NCBI RefSeq assembly: GCF_004376175.1
Contig: NZ_SNUY01000001.1
Location: 32,373-64,372 of the forward strand
DNA: 32,000 nt
Direction of reading: 5' to 3'
DNA from: Halalkalibacterium halodurans
Lineage (GTDB): Bacteria > Bacillota > Bacilli > Bacillales > Bacillaceae_D
Shown here: in pieces, positions 23,604 to 32,000 of the stretch
How positions within the stretch are numbered: position 1 is the first letter of the stretch
Layout: each line of letters opens with the position of its first letter
The notes under the pieces: model-generated
Databases searched by the model: none
The model's input: the letters and a program-made list of their open reading frames with translations, nothing else
What the model was told of the DNA's origin: nothing
Program-made: the position numbers and the translations under genes

Positions 23604-26030
23604 TTATCCACGTAAAACAGCTCCAGTTGATGCTTCGAGCTCTTTTAAAATTTGCTCGTGAACCGCTGTGACCTCTTCATCCGTTAATGTGCGCTCCGGA
23701 TCAAAGTAGGTGAGAGAGAAGGCAATGGATTTCTTCCCAACTTCCATATGCTCTCCTTCATAAAGATCAAACAGATAAACATGTTTTAGCCATTCGCCGC
23801 CGTTCGCCTCAATCACTTGCTGCAATTGGGCCGCTGTTACGTTCTCATCAACGACAAGGGCGATATCACGCGAGATCGCTGGGAAGCGAGGAAGTGGTTC
23901 ATAGGCGACCTCAGTCCCTTCCTCTGCCAACAGGGATTCTACATCTAATTGGAACACGTACGTTTCTTTTAAGTCTAACTCGCTTTGTCGCTCAGGATGA
24001 ATCTGACCGGCAAAACCAACGGCTCTACCATTTACTTTTACGTTTGCCGTTCGCCCTGGATGCATCCCTGGCTGCTCCCCACGTTCAAACGTCACCTTTT
24101 CTGATAAGCCTAACTCTGCGAACATTCCTTCAAGAATGCCTTTTACGACAAAGAAGTCGACGGCTTTTTTCTCTCCTTGCCATAAATGCTCCGTCCAAAG
24201 CCCAGTCAATGCACCTGCAAGCATTTCTCGTTCCTCTGGCTGTTTTGTTAACGTTTCTTCCTTGCTTAAAAACACAGATCCGAGCTCGTAAATAAACAAC
24301 GCTTCTTGCTTTCGGTTCAAGTTGTATTGCACCACATCAAGCAAATGTGGCACTAAGCTCGTTCGCATGGTGCTTCGCTCTTCACTCATCGGCATGGCTA
24401 CACGAATCGGTAAGTAATCTTCATTTTCCCCTTGAAGTCCCTTTGCCTTTTCTTCACTCGTTAATGAATACGTCATCACTTCAAATAAGCCTGCCCCTTC
24501 TAAATACCGGCGAATTTTTCGACGCTTCTGTTGATAGTCCGTTAAACCACCACGAGTTGTTCCTCCTACCGGGAACGTTGTCGGGATGTTGTCATAGCCA
24601 TATAAACGGGCCACTTCCTCAAATAAATCTTCCTCGATTCGAATATCGCCTCGTCTCGACGGGGCTGTTACTTCGAACGTATCGTTTTCAACCGTATAAG
24701 CAAAACCGAGTCTGTCAAAAATCGCTGCCACTTCATCGTGAGAAAGTTCCATACCAAGACGTTGATTCATGTGGGGAAGATTCAAAGAAACGACTGGTTC
24801 TTCAATCGCAAGCTCGCCAGCTTCGACGACACCACCAACAACGGTGCCTCCAGCTACTTCCGCGATGAGTGTGGCCGCTCTTGCCGCTGCTTCCCTCACC
24901 CGTTTCGGATCAACCCCCTTTTCAAACCGTGAGCTTGAATCACTCCGTAGTCCCAGATCCCGAGAGGCTTTCCGCACCGTAGCCGGATCAAAATAAGCCG
25001 CTTCAAGGAGTACCGTTGTAGTATCTTCCTGCACCTCAGATGTAGCTCCCCCCATGACACCAGCAATGGCCACAGGATCACGTCCATTTGTAATGAGCAG
25101 GTGGTCTGCTTGTAACGTCCGTTCTATATCATCTAGAGTAACCATTTTCTCTCCTTCTTTTGCAAGGCGAGTGACCACTTTGTTTGATCCTAAGCGATCG
25201 TAGTCAAACGCATGAAGCGGCTGACCGTATTCAAGGAGAACATAGTTTGTTACATCGACGACGTTGCTAATCGGACGAATGCCAGCAGCAATGAGACGAT
25301 TTTGCAGCCATAATGGCGATGGTCCGACTTTCACATTTTTAATAATCGTTGCCCCATAATATGGATTCTTCTCAATGTCGTCAATTTCAACCGATACATA
25401 ATCGCTTGCTTGACCATCAGTTCCACTACTTTCGGCAGTTGGCCAATGAACCTCTTTGTCAAAAAGCGCCGCCACTTCATAGGCCACTCCGTACATGTTT
25501 AAACAGTCGGAACGATTCGGCGTCAAGTCCAACTCAAGTACTTGGTCATAGCGATTGAGAGCTTCCAAAGCGTCGCTCCCGATTTCAACGTCGTCTGAAA
25601 AAACATAGATCCCGTCAGCGAATTCTTTTTGCACAAATTTATTTTCTACGCCAAGCTCCTGCAATGAACAAATCATCCCTTGGGATAGCTCACCGCGAAG
25701 CTTTGCTTTTTTAATTTTAAAATTACCCGGGAGAACAGCTCCAACCTTGGCGACAGCCACCTTTTGACCCGCTGCGACGTTTGGCGCACCGCACACAATT
25801 TGTACAGGCTCTTCTTCCCCAATCTCTACTTGACATAGGTTCAATTTATCTGCATTTGGGTGCTGGCGACATTCAAGGACATGGCCGACGACCACCCCTG
25901 TTGCTCCTTGATTTAAGTCATGAATGATGTCAACCTCAATCCCCCCGCGCGTCAGCTTTTCCGCTACTTCCTCTGCGGAAATACCGTCAAGATCGACGTA
26001 TTGCTTTAACCATTGATAGGATACTAACAT
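23604..26030 (-). CDS. pheT: Phenylalanine--tRNA ligase beta subunit
   Basis: 808 aa. MLVSYQWLKQYVDL is the canonical PheT N-terminus. It follows pheS directly. Confidence 0.97.
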   Translation of the reverse strand: MLVSYQWLKQYVDLDGISAEEVAEKLTRGGIEVDIIHDLNQGATGVVVGHVLECRQHPNADKLNLCQVEIGEEEPVQIVCGAPNVAAGQKVAVAKVGAVLPGNFKIKKAKLRGELSQGMICSLQELGVENKFVQKEFADGIYVFSDDVEIGSDALEALNRYDQVLELDLTPNRSDCLNMYGVAYEVAALFDKEVHWPTAESSGTDGQASDYVSVEIDDIEKNPYYGATIIKNVKVGPSPLWLQNRLIAAGIRPISNVVDVTNYVLLEYGQPLHAFDYDRLGSNKVVTRLAKEGEKMVTLDDIERTLQADHLLITNGRDPVAIAGVMGGATSEVQEDTTTVLLEAAYFDPATVRKASRDLGLRSDSSSRFEKGVDPKRVREAAARAATLIAEVAGGTVVGGVVEAGELAIEEPVVSLNLPHMNQRLGMELSHDEVAAIFDRLGFAYTVENDTFEVTAPSRRGDIRIEEDLFEEVARLYGYDNIPTTFPVGGTTRGGLTDYQQKRRKIRRYLEGAGLFEVMTYSLTSEEKAKGLQGENEDYLPIRVAMPMSEERSTMRTSLVPHLLDVVQYNLNRKQEALFIYELGSVFLSKEETLTKQPEEREMLAGALTGLWTEHLWQGEKKAVDFFVVKGILEGMFAELGLSEKVTFERGEQPGMHPGRTANVKVNGRAVGFAGQIHPERQSELDLKETYVFQLDVESLLAEEGTEVAYEPLPRFPAISRDIALVVDENVTAAQLQQVIEANGGEWLKHVYLFDLYEGEHMEVGKKSIAFSLTYFDPERTLTDEEVTAVHEQILKELEASTGAVLRG

Positions 26031-26045
26031 GTTTGAATTTCCCCC

Positions 26046-27080
26046 TTACACTCGCTTGAATTGTGCCAAGAACCGGCGATCATTTGTATAGAAGTGGCGA
26101 ATATCATCGATACCGTATTTCAGCATGGCAAGTCGCTCAACTCCCATGCCAAATGCAAAACCACTATATTCATTCGGATTAAAGCCACTCATTTCAAGGA
26201 CGCGCGGATGAACCATCCCAGCGCCTAAAATTTCAATCCAACCTGTTTGCTTACAGACGCGGCACCCGTCCCCGTGGCAAATTCCGCAAGAGACGTCCAC
26301 TTCAACAGACGGCTCAGTGAACGGGAAAAAACTTGGGCGCAGACGAATGGAGCGTTCTTCCCCGAAGAATGATTTAGCAAAGGCTTGGAGCACTCCTTTT
26401 AAATCACTCATACGTACCCCATGGTCGACGTAAAGACCTTCGATTTGCATGAATTGGTGAGAGTGTGTCGCATCATCGTCATCGCGGCGAAACACTTTCC
26501 CGGGACAAATGATTTTAATCGGCCCTTTCCCTTTATATTTTTCCATTGTTCTCGCTTGAACAGGGGACGTTTGTGTACGAAGCAGCAATTCATCCGTAAA
26601 ATAGAAGGAGTCTTGCATATCACGGGCCGGGTGATCCTTCGGTAAATTTAACGCCTCAAAGTTATAATAATCGGTTTCAATTTGTGGCCCTTCCGCAACA
26701 GAGAAGCCAAGTCCGATGAATAAGTCTTCCACTTCTGTGATCGTCGCAGTTAACGGATGGGCCCCCCCTTTTAATATTGGGCGACCTGGTAAGGTGACAT
26801 CGATTGTCTCCTCTTGAAGCTTACGGTGAATCTCCGCTTGCTCCAAAGCTTCCATTTTGGACTCAATCGCCTTTCCAATCGCTTCACGAACGTCATTTGC
26901 CAATTGGCCAATAACTGGACGCTCTTCTGGTGAAAGCTTCCCCATGCCGCGTAGCACTTCCGTTACGGGCCCTTTTTTTCCTAGGTATTTGACACGAATC
27001 TCTTGCACCACTTTTTTCTCTTGTGCCTGCTCAATTTTTTCGATCGCGTCATCACGTAACGCCTCTAATTGTTCTCTCAT
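26046..27080 (-). CDS. pheS: Phenylalanine--tRNA ligase alpha subunit
   Basis: 344 aa with class II aaRS motifs ([43 protein letters not shown]). Confidence 0.97.
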   Translation of the reverse strand: MREQLEALRDDAIEKIEQAQEKKVVQEIRVKYLGKKGPVTEVLRGMGKLSPEERPVIGQLANDVREAIGKAIESKMEALEQAEIHRKLQEETIDVTLPGRPILKGGAHPLTATITEVEDLFIGLGFSVAEGPQIETDYYNFEALNLPKDHPARDMQDSFYFTDELLLRTQTSPVQARTMEKYKGKGPIKIICPGKVFRRDDDDATHSHQFMQIEGLYVDHGVRMSDLKGVLQAFAKSFFGEERSIRLRPSFFPFTEPSVEVDVSCGICHGDGCRVCKQTGWIEILGAGMVHPRVLEMSGFNPNEYSGFAFGMGVERLAMLKYGIDDIRHFYTNDRRFLAQFKRV

Positions 27081-27189
27081 GTACCATATCCTCCTTTAAT
27101 ACCAATCGAATGTTAGGTTAAAGCAACAAATGTTAAGGCCAAGTTTAAATGATGGCAGCTCATCCTTTATAGAAATTAAACTTTCCTGC

Positions 27190-27460
27190 AAGTGCAAAAA
27201 AACCTTCGTTCCCAAACAAGGGACGAAGGTTTCGCGGTACCACCCTAATTGATGCACAAACTGAGTGCATCCTCTTCATTTCCATAACGGCTGTTGCCGG
27301 GATCACCTTAACAAGCTATTGCGCTTGTGTTCCAGTGCCTGCTCCAGAGCGAATTCAGCTGTCCTTTCCATCGAGGTGCTTTCAGTCGCTGGCATCTCGT
27401 CCCTGGTTGGTAGGGTTCAGCTTACTACTCTCTTTCCACGCATTTTCATACTATTTGGAT
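27190..27460 (-). ncRNA. T-box riboswitch leader, Phe (UUC) specifier, controlling pheST
   Basis: On the minus strand, the stem I base AGAG...CTCT encloses AGTA and the AGCTG/CAGCT helix. The specifier loop reads GAA-TTC-G, with the codon at 27351-27353. The T-box motif AATTAGGGTGGTACCGCG is at 27233-27250. The terminator AACCTTCGTCCC..GGGAACGAAGGTT plus T7 is at 27194-27232. Confidence 0.92.
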
Positions 27461-27466
27461 GTGTCT

Positions 27467-27495
27467 ATTATAGTGAAATTCACTTGAGGTTGCAA
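27467..27495 (-). promoter_or_regulatory. sigmaA promoter of the pheS T-box leader: TTGCAA, 17 nt spacer, TATAAT
   Basis: The -35 is at 27490-27495 and the -10 at 27467-27472 on the minus strand. It starts 14 nt after the ysgA stop codon. Confidence 0.65.
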
Positions 27496-27508
27496 CTCCA
27501 TTTAGCGC

Positions 27509-28264
27509 CTAATCTCGCAAATAATAAAGGAGAATTCCTGTTGCCACCGCTACGTTTAACGACTCAGCCTTCCCGTAAAGAGGGATGTACAAGTTTTGAT
27601 CAGCTTTATCCAATAGCTCTGGCTCAACACCTTCTCCTTCATTTCCCACTAGCAAAGCAAATCGCGCTTGCGGCTCAATCGCTGTGTAAGTGCTTCCTCC
27701 TTCTAAGGCTGTTCCAAAAACAGGGATTCCGGCTTCTTTAAATTGATCCACCCACCCGTGAAGATCTCCTTTAATAACCGGTAAGTGAAAAATCGAACCT
27801 TGGGAAGCGCGAACTACTTTGCTGTTGTAAATGTCAACACTCCCCTCACTTACAATGACAGCCGACATCCCTGCCGCATCGCACGTCCGAATCATCGTTC
27901 CCACATTACCTGGATCTTGAACGTGATCAATGCAAAGAAACATCCCTTCTAACTCTTGAAAGCTAGGCTCATCTGGAATGTGACAAATGGCCGCGATCCC
28001 TTGTGGTGTTTTCGTTTCTGTTAAATCAGCCATGACCCGATCGCTGACGAGGATAACGTCCCGCTCATCTACATGCCAAGCGGTCGGGAGAGTCACCGAT
28101 TCAGTCACTAAAATCGTCTCAATCATAATAGTGGATTTTAATGCCTCCTCCACAAGATGATATCCTTCGATCAGAAACTGTCCTGATTGATCCCGTCCTT
28201 TTTTTGTATGTAATTTTTTCCATTTTTTGACTAGTTCATTTTTCGGTGAATCGATTTGTTTCAT
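27509..28264 (-). CDS. ysgA: TrmH/SpoU-family RNA 2'-O-methyltransferase (YsgA)
   Basis: MKQIDSPKNELVKKWKKLHTKKGRDQSGQFLIEGYHLVEEAL is collinear with B. subtilis YsgA. The SpoU C-terminal motifs are present (LLVGNEGEGV, IPLYGKAESLNVAVA). I chose the ATG at 28262-28264 with AAGGAG 6 nt upstream. Confidence 0.9.
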   Translation of the reverse strand: MKQIDSPKNELVKKWKKLHTKKGRDQSGQFLIEGYHLVEEALKSTIMIETILVTESVTLPTAWHVDERDVILVSDRVMADLTETKTPQGIAAICHIPDEPSFQELEGMFLCIDHVQDPGNVGTMIRTCDAAGMSAVIVSEGSVDIYNSKVVRASQGSIFHLPVIKGDLHGWVDQFKEAGIPVFGTALEGGSTYTAIEPQARFALLVGNEGEGVEPELLDKADQNLYIPLYGKAESLNVAVATGILLYYLRD

Positions 28265-28379
28265 TCTATACTCCTTTTTTATCCGTTTGTCCACATCTTA
28301 CCCAATATTTTCGTTATAATCCAGACTCAATCAGACATACTAATCTCGAACGACCATTTATAAAGCTGAGGTGATCAAA

Positions 28380-28586
28380 ATGAATTTTAATTTACGTCAA
28401 GCAATCATGGCAAACATTCAAGGAAGTAACGAACAAGAGGTTGAAGCAACGATTGTTGACGCCATCCAAAGTGGCGAAGAAAAAATGCTCCCAGGTCTCG
28501 GTGTCTTATTCGAAGTATATTGGAAAAACTGTAACGAGCAGCAAAAAGACCAGTTGTGTGAACAAATTAGTCAAGGCTTACAGTAA
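28380..28586 (+). CDS. sspI: Small acid-soluble spore protein SspI
   Basis: [48 protein letters not shown] matches SspI (conserved [22 protein letters not shown] block). The ATG at 28380 follows GAGGTGAT. The track start at 28371 is the GTG inside the SD. Confidence 0.9.
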   Translation: MNFNLRQAIMANIQGSNEQEVEATIVDAIQSGEEKMLPGLGVLFEVYWKNCNEQQKDQLCEQISQGLQ

Positions 28587-28596
28587 CGTGCTCTCG

Positions 28597-28632
28597 CCTC
28601 TCCATGAAGCATATCATGGGAGGCTTTTTATT
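28597..28632 (+). terminator. Intrinsic terminator of sspI
   Basis: CCTCTCCATGA (28597-28607) pairs with TCATGGGAGG (28614-28623), followed by CTTTTTATTTAT. Confidence 0.75.
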
Positions 28633-28715
28633 TATAGAGAGCAGGGCACCATTCCTCTCATCGTCTATCCTCTCCATGTTGACGATGAAATAGACCTCAC
28701 GCACGAAGAGTGGGC

Positions 28716-28743
28716 ACAGATACCAAATGAGTCACATACCATA
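28716..28743 (+). promoter_or_regulatory. sigmaK-like promoter candidate: AC, 17 nt spacer, CATACCATA
   Basis: AC at 28716-28717 and CATACCATA at 28735-28743 fit the low-information sigmaK pattern AC N17 CATAnnnTA. It sits about 65 nt upstream of the ATG at 28807. Confidence 0.3.
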
Positions 28744-28806
28744 AGATAAAGATAGCTACCATCATAACATTACAGCTATGAGAGTATTGGAACCGGAGTG
28801 ATCATC

Positions 28807-29016
28807 ATGTCGCCCTTTGCCCCTTCAGAGCTTTCTTGTTATTTATCCGATGAAAAGGGACAGCGCCTTGACCCCTTAAAAACTAATGCTATTTACTATA
28901 AAGAAATCGTTTCGCGGCGAAAACAGCTCCTCGAACTAACAAAACTTCAAACAGGCGAAACGATTTTCCTTCAACAGGTGACCATTACGATTAGTGGTTT
29001 TGTCGTCGTCGCCTAA
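28807..29016 (+). CDS. Hypothetical protein; probably the N-terminal part of a frameshifted gene
   Basis: The ATG at 28807 has GGAG 8 nt upstream (the track GTG at 28798 lies inside the SD). The 69 aa product ends ...QQVTITISGFVVVA. I recognised no family. Confidence 0.5.
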   Translation: MSPFAPSELSCYLSDEKGQRLDPLKTNAIYYKEIVSRRKQLLELTKLQTGETIFLQQVTITISGFVVVA

Positions 29017-29668
29017 TCAACTATCATCAAATCCGATCTCTTTTTCAGCGACAAAAGAGTTACTTATTTCAGCTCCAGAAGAGGTACCTTTAACATTTTC
29101 TGTAAACAAATGCCGTTGTGAAGCATTGTTTTGTCCTCAAGAAGATGAGAAAGAAGGACAAATAAAAGTGATCATCAACATAGATACCATTGTAGATGCA
29201 GAGAAGCAAAGGAAAATTCTATTAGGTTCTAAAACAGGCTCTGCTCCTTTTAAGGAAAAAATGTGTATTGAGACAATGAACATTTTTGACTCAGTAAGCT
29301 TTCAGCAGAAGATTACCGTTTTCACAAATAAGCCAATGGATTCTTCTACTTCCCATATTTCAGGGCATATCGTCCAGCACTGCTCCGAGCCGGCGAAAGT
29401 TTATTTTCGAGCCATAGATCCGTTTCCATCCGCCCAGATTCAAATTGAAAATCATTCAGACTGTCCTATGAAAGCCATTGTGCATGTAGATCACGAACGT
29501 AAAGTCAGTCAAATCATTGAAAAGGATCAAAAAGTTCGCTTTGATGTTAGTGAAATCCAGCGACTCGTCATTAAAGGTGACGGGGAAGGTGGCGTTTGTG
29601 AAGGCGCTTTTTCCTTATTTTTATCCCATAAAAAAAAGCCAGTCTCACGCGATAGCGATTTAGACTAG
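28994..29668 (+). CDS. Hypothetical Cys-containing protein; probably the C-terminal part of the same gene, in the +1 frame
   Basis: A 224 aa ORF that overlaps the previous ORF by 23 nt. Its only start is a GTG with no usable SD. The frame is open only from 28982. It looks beta-strand-rich, contains CRCEALFC and other Cys residues, and has a basic C-terminus (HKKKPVSR). I recognised no family. Confidence 0.5.
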   Translation: MVLSSSPNQLSSNPISFSATKELLISAPEEVPLTFSVNKCRCEALFCPQEDEKEGQIKVIINIDTIVDAEKQRKILLGSKTGSAPFKEKMCIETMNIFDSVSFQQKITVFTNKPMDSSTSHISGHIVQHCSEPAKVYFRAIDPFPSAQIQIENHSDCPMKAIVHVDHERKVSQIIEKDQKVRFDVSEIQRLVIKGDGEGGVCEGAFSLFLSHKKKPVSRDSDLD

Positions 29669-29686
29669 CTGTTTCATTTAAGATGT

Positions 29687-30196
29687 TTACAGATCCTCTT
29701 GATACATGTAAAATGCAAAATCAGTCATGACAGAAGCATCTCCTAGCTGATGCAGCATCGCAGATATGTTTCCTCTATGGTACGTTCCATGGTTTGCTGC
29801 ATGGAGGACAATTTCCGCTAAGCTCGTTTCACGTTCTCCCACATAAGGATTGTTCAATAAAATTCTTCGTTCTAAATTTTCTTCTTTTTCCAAGAAGGAC
29901 AGGAACCGTTCCGACAATGTACGATAAGCAGCTTCCAGTTCCTCTAAGGGCAGGGCATCCGTTTCATGCTGAAGCTGAAAAGCCTCTTCAAGGGCCACCC
30001 CCATGTCCTTCCCCTCAAGGATATCAAGCCATAAATACTCAACTAAATAAATATGAGAACAGACCTTTGCCAATGAAGGAAAAACACTCTTGATTTCCTG
30101 TTCATATTTTTCAGGTGATATCGTTTGTAAATGCTCCATGATTCGCCCATTAGCCCACACATTGTATTGATACAGAGTTTTTGCATGATTGCTCAT
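29687..30196 (-). CDS. DinB-family (DinB_2/DUF664-like) metal-dependent protein
   Basis: MSNHAKTLYQYNVWANGRIMEHL...HAANHGTYHRGNISAML shows the typical DinB helical-bundle signatures with a conserved His triad. I chose the ATG at 30194-30196 with GAGGAGG 8 nt upstream. Confidence 0.8.
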   Translation of the reverse strand: MSNHAKTLYQYNVWANGRIMEHLQTISPEKYEQEIKSVFPSLAKVCSHIYLVEYLWLDILEGKDMGVALEEAFQLQHETDALPLEELEAAYRTLSERFLSFLEKEENLERRILLNNPYVGERETSLAEIVLHAANHGTYHRGNISAMLHQLGDASVMTDFAFYMYQEDL

Positions 30197-30236
30197 TATA
30201 ACGTCCTCCTCAATATTTATTGTTTCTACTGTCATC

Positions 30237-30338
30237 TTATCGAAAGGATACATTGTACTTATGAGCTAATTCAGAAGCAGAAATCACTTCATGATTCAGC
30301 AACATGTAAATCATGGACAGTAGCCGTTCCAATTTCAT
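30237..30338 (-). pseudogene. 33-aa stump of a YafY-type (HTH_11 / WYL) transcriptional regulator
   Basis: MKLERLLSMIYMLLNHEVISASELAHKYNVSFR* is the canonical N-terminal winged-HTH of YafY-like regulators, which normally continue ...RTIYRDI. AGGTGA lies 6 nt upstream. The frame stops inside the HTH and nothing regulator-like follows. Confidence 0.5.
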
Positions 30339-30528
30339 ACATGGTCACCTGCTTTACAAGTTCATGAAAAAACTGTGGACCACTCTACTTTCACCCTTTA
30401 GGTGGTGAAATCCTCTAACCGCATTTATTTTTTCAGCAGTGTGTCTGTTCAACAGTGATTGAAGAATCTATTAGATAGGGTAATTTGAACCTCACAAGAC
30501 CGATATGAACGTCTCCCTAGAATCGCCC

Positions 30529-31446
30529 CTATCTCTTAAACACCGTTTCTCCTACTTTCATGACAAAAAGCTGATGCTCAGGTAGTTGACATCTTTTCCA
30601 TTCATGCAATAAACGCGCCAACGCTTCTGGTCCTGTATCATCAGCGAGCCGATACGTGCCATAATGCATTGGCACAAACGTTTTCGCTTGTAATTCAACG
30701 AAGGCTTTGACTGCATCCTCTGGATTAATATGAGAAGCATATGTAAACCACTCTGGCTCATAAGATCCGATCGGCATGAACACTGTATCGAGCGTAAATT
30801 TTTTCCCGATCTCTTGAAACCCGCGAAAGTATCCTGTATCCCCCACAAAATAGTTCGTTTCTTCGTCCGATTCAAGCACCCATCCTCCCCAATGGGACGT
30901 ATTCGTATCAAATAGGCTCCGCCGCGTCCAATGCTGAGCAGGGACGAAGTGAATTGTTAGGTCTTGGTGCTGAAACGTATCCCACCAATTGGCCTCTTCG
31001 ACACGGTGCAACCCTTTCTTCTGAAACAATAAGTTTAACCCAGCAGGCACGTAATATGTCGGTTCTCCTTTTAATCTTCGCAATGTTGAAAATTCAAGAT
31101 GATCGTAATGACCGTGGGAAATGACGACGATATCGATTTCAGGAAGCTCATCGATCGACAATCCTGGTGAAATCAACCGCTTTGAAAACCCTAAGTATTT
31201 CGCAAAGACGGGGTCGGTTAAAATATTCAACCCTTTCATTTGCAGCAAAAAGCTCGAATGACCGATCCACGTATAGGACGTTTTTGTTCGGTTCTTTTTA
31301 AGCTCCTCCACGTTTCTTTCATCGGCTCTCGGAATGTGGATGCTCAAATCCTTTGATTTACTCCATCGTTCTCGTAAACATTTCCATATCTCTACCAACG
31401 TTTTATTCGTTCCAACTTCATCAAGGTTTTGATATCGCTTTGGCAA
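30529..31446 (-). CDS. MBL-fold metallo-hydrolase
   Basis: 305 aa with the HxHxDH motif (ISHGHYDHLE), plus downstream His and Asp ligands. The start is TTG with AAGGAGG 7 nt upstream. Confidence 0.85.
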   Translation of the reverse strand: MPKRYQNLDEVGTNKTLVEIWKCLRERWSKSKDLSIHIPRADERNVEELKKNRTKTSYTWIGHSSFLLQMKGLNILTDPVFAKYLGFSKRLISPGLSIDELPEIDIVVISHGHYDHLEFSTLRRLKGEPTYYVPAGLNLLFQKKGLHRVEEANWWDTFQHQDLTIHFVPAQHWTRRSLFDTNTSHWGGWVLESDEETNYFVGDTGYFRGFQEIGKKFTLDTVFMPIGSYEPEWFTYASHINPEDAVKAFVELQAKTFVPMHYGTYRLADDTGPEALARLLHEWKRCQLPEHQLFVMKVGETVFKR

Positions 31447-31621
31447 GGAGACTCCTCCTTAATGATTCGATGCTTAAAGAATAAGTAGGTTTAGTATATT
31501 GTAAAACCCCTTGATCAAACATAGGAAACGAAAAGGACCATATTCTATAGTTTTTATCAACGTAAAAAAAGTGCACCTCTGCACATAACCCTGTCAAGTA
31601 GACAATGAAAAAAAGAGTATC

Positions 31622-32000
31622 TTAAGCTGCGGCCTTTTCTCGGTATTCAATCGGGGAAAGGCCTTTAAATTTCTCTTGAAAACGTCCGTTGTTATAGTAG
31701 TTGATATACTCCTGAATCGCCCATTGAGCTTGTTCAACTGTTTTTGGACGTATTAAATATAACTTCTCCACTTTCAAATGTGAAAAGAAGCTTTCTATAC
31801 AAGCATTATCATAGCAATTGCCACGGCGAGAGTGGCTTCCTTGAACGCCTAATCCCTCTAATTGCTTTTCATAAGTCTTAGTTGTATATTGAAATCCTTG
31901 ATCAGAATGAATGAGCGCATTCTTGGCAAAGGACTTACCTGTTAACTGTTTCAACGTATCTACGACTAAATCAAGATCGTTTCTTTCAGGTACCGTCAAG
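31622..32000 (-). mobile_element. IS3-family transposase (OrfB integrase core), C-terminal part; the gene continues beyond the window
   Basis: ...ALIHSDQGFQYTT...SRRGNCYDNACIESFFSHLKVE...YINYYNNGRFQ... is the DDE/rve catalytic core with the typical IS3 C-terminus. The reading frame is open to the window edge. The IS terminus probably lies between about 31575 and 31621 (not defined). Confidence 0.85.

Noticed and set aside
24347-24868. A 173-aa plus-strand ORF and other plus ORFs inside pheT (23894-24295, 24738-24996, 25349-25558).
   Set aside because: They are antisense to the strongly conserved pheT frame. They are Ser/Leu/His-rich with a shadow-ORF composition and have no RBS.
27265-27741. 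A 158-aa plus-strand ORF.
   Set aside because: It spans the pheS T-box leader and promoter and is antisense to the 3' end of ysgA, so it is incompatible with the well-supported features there.
28321-28370. A sigmaG-type forespore promoter upstream of sspI (GACATA ... CATTTAT).
   Set aside because: The spacing (about 15 nt) and the -10 do not fit GHATR N17-18 CATnnTA well enough to call from sequence alone.
28441-28749. A 102-aa plus-strand ORF overlapping sspI out of frame.
   Set aside because: It starts inside sspI and reads through the sspI terminator hairpin. The sspI frame is the conserved one.
30473-30534. An 8-bp inverted repeat AGATAGGG / CCCTATCT spanning the MBL hydrolase stop codon.
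   Set aside because: It has a long (about 45 nt) loop, no U tract, and overlaps coding sequence, so it is likely fortuitous.
1-32000. A search for CRISPR arrays, tRNA/rRNA genes and long tandem repeats.
   Set aside because: Reading both strands, I saw no regularly spaced direct repeats, no cloverleaf-like GTTCGAATC/TPsiC signatures and no rRNA-like segments.

Overview
This is a Bacillaceae chromosomal segment that follows the Bacillus subtilis sdh-to-sspI synteny block. Almost every gene is on the minus strand. In window order: sdhA (partial), sdhC, a Ktr/TrkH potassium transporter, yslB (+), lysC with an L-box lysine riboswitch, uvrC, trxA, etfA, etfB, fadB, fadR, lcfA, a second tandem acyl-CoA synthetase, yshE, mutS2, polX, cvpA, zapA, pheT, pheS with a Phe T-box leader, ysgA and sspI (+). 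I saw no rRNA, tRNA or CRISPR array. Three places depart from the conserved backbone. (1) Between zapA and pheT, where B. subtilis carries rnhC, there is an ORF-free ~370 nt stretch behind a strong orphan promoter. Next to it is an AT-rich two-gene cassette, a YqcI/YcgG-family protein translationally coupled to a LysE-family exporter. (2) Right of sspI, synteny breaks into an accessory region. It holds an orphan Cys-containing ORF pair that looks like one frameshifted gene behind a sigmaK-like promoter, a DinB-family gene preceded by a 33-aa stump of a YafY-type regulator, an MBL-fold hydrolase, and an IS3-family transposase cut by the window edge. (3) The fatty-acid degradation locus has duplicated acyl-CoA synthetases with different predicted control: FadR operators for one unit, a perfect cre for the other. 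All functional calls come from reading the translated ORFs and motifs by eye. No database search was run.
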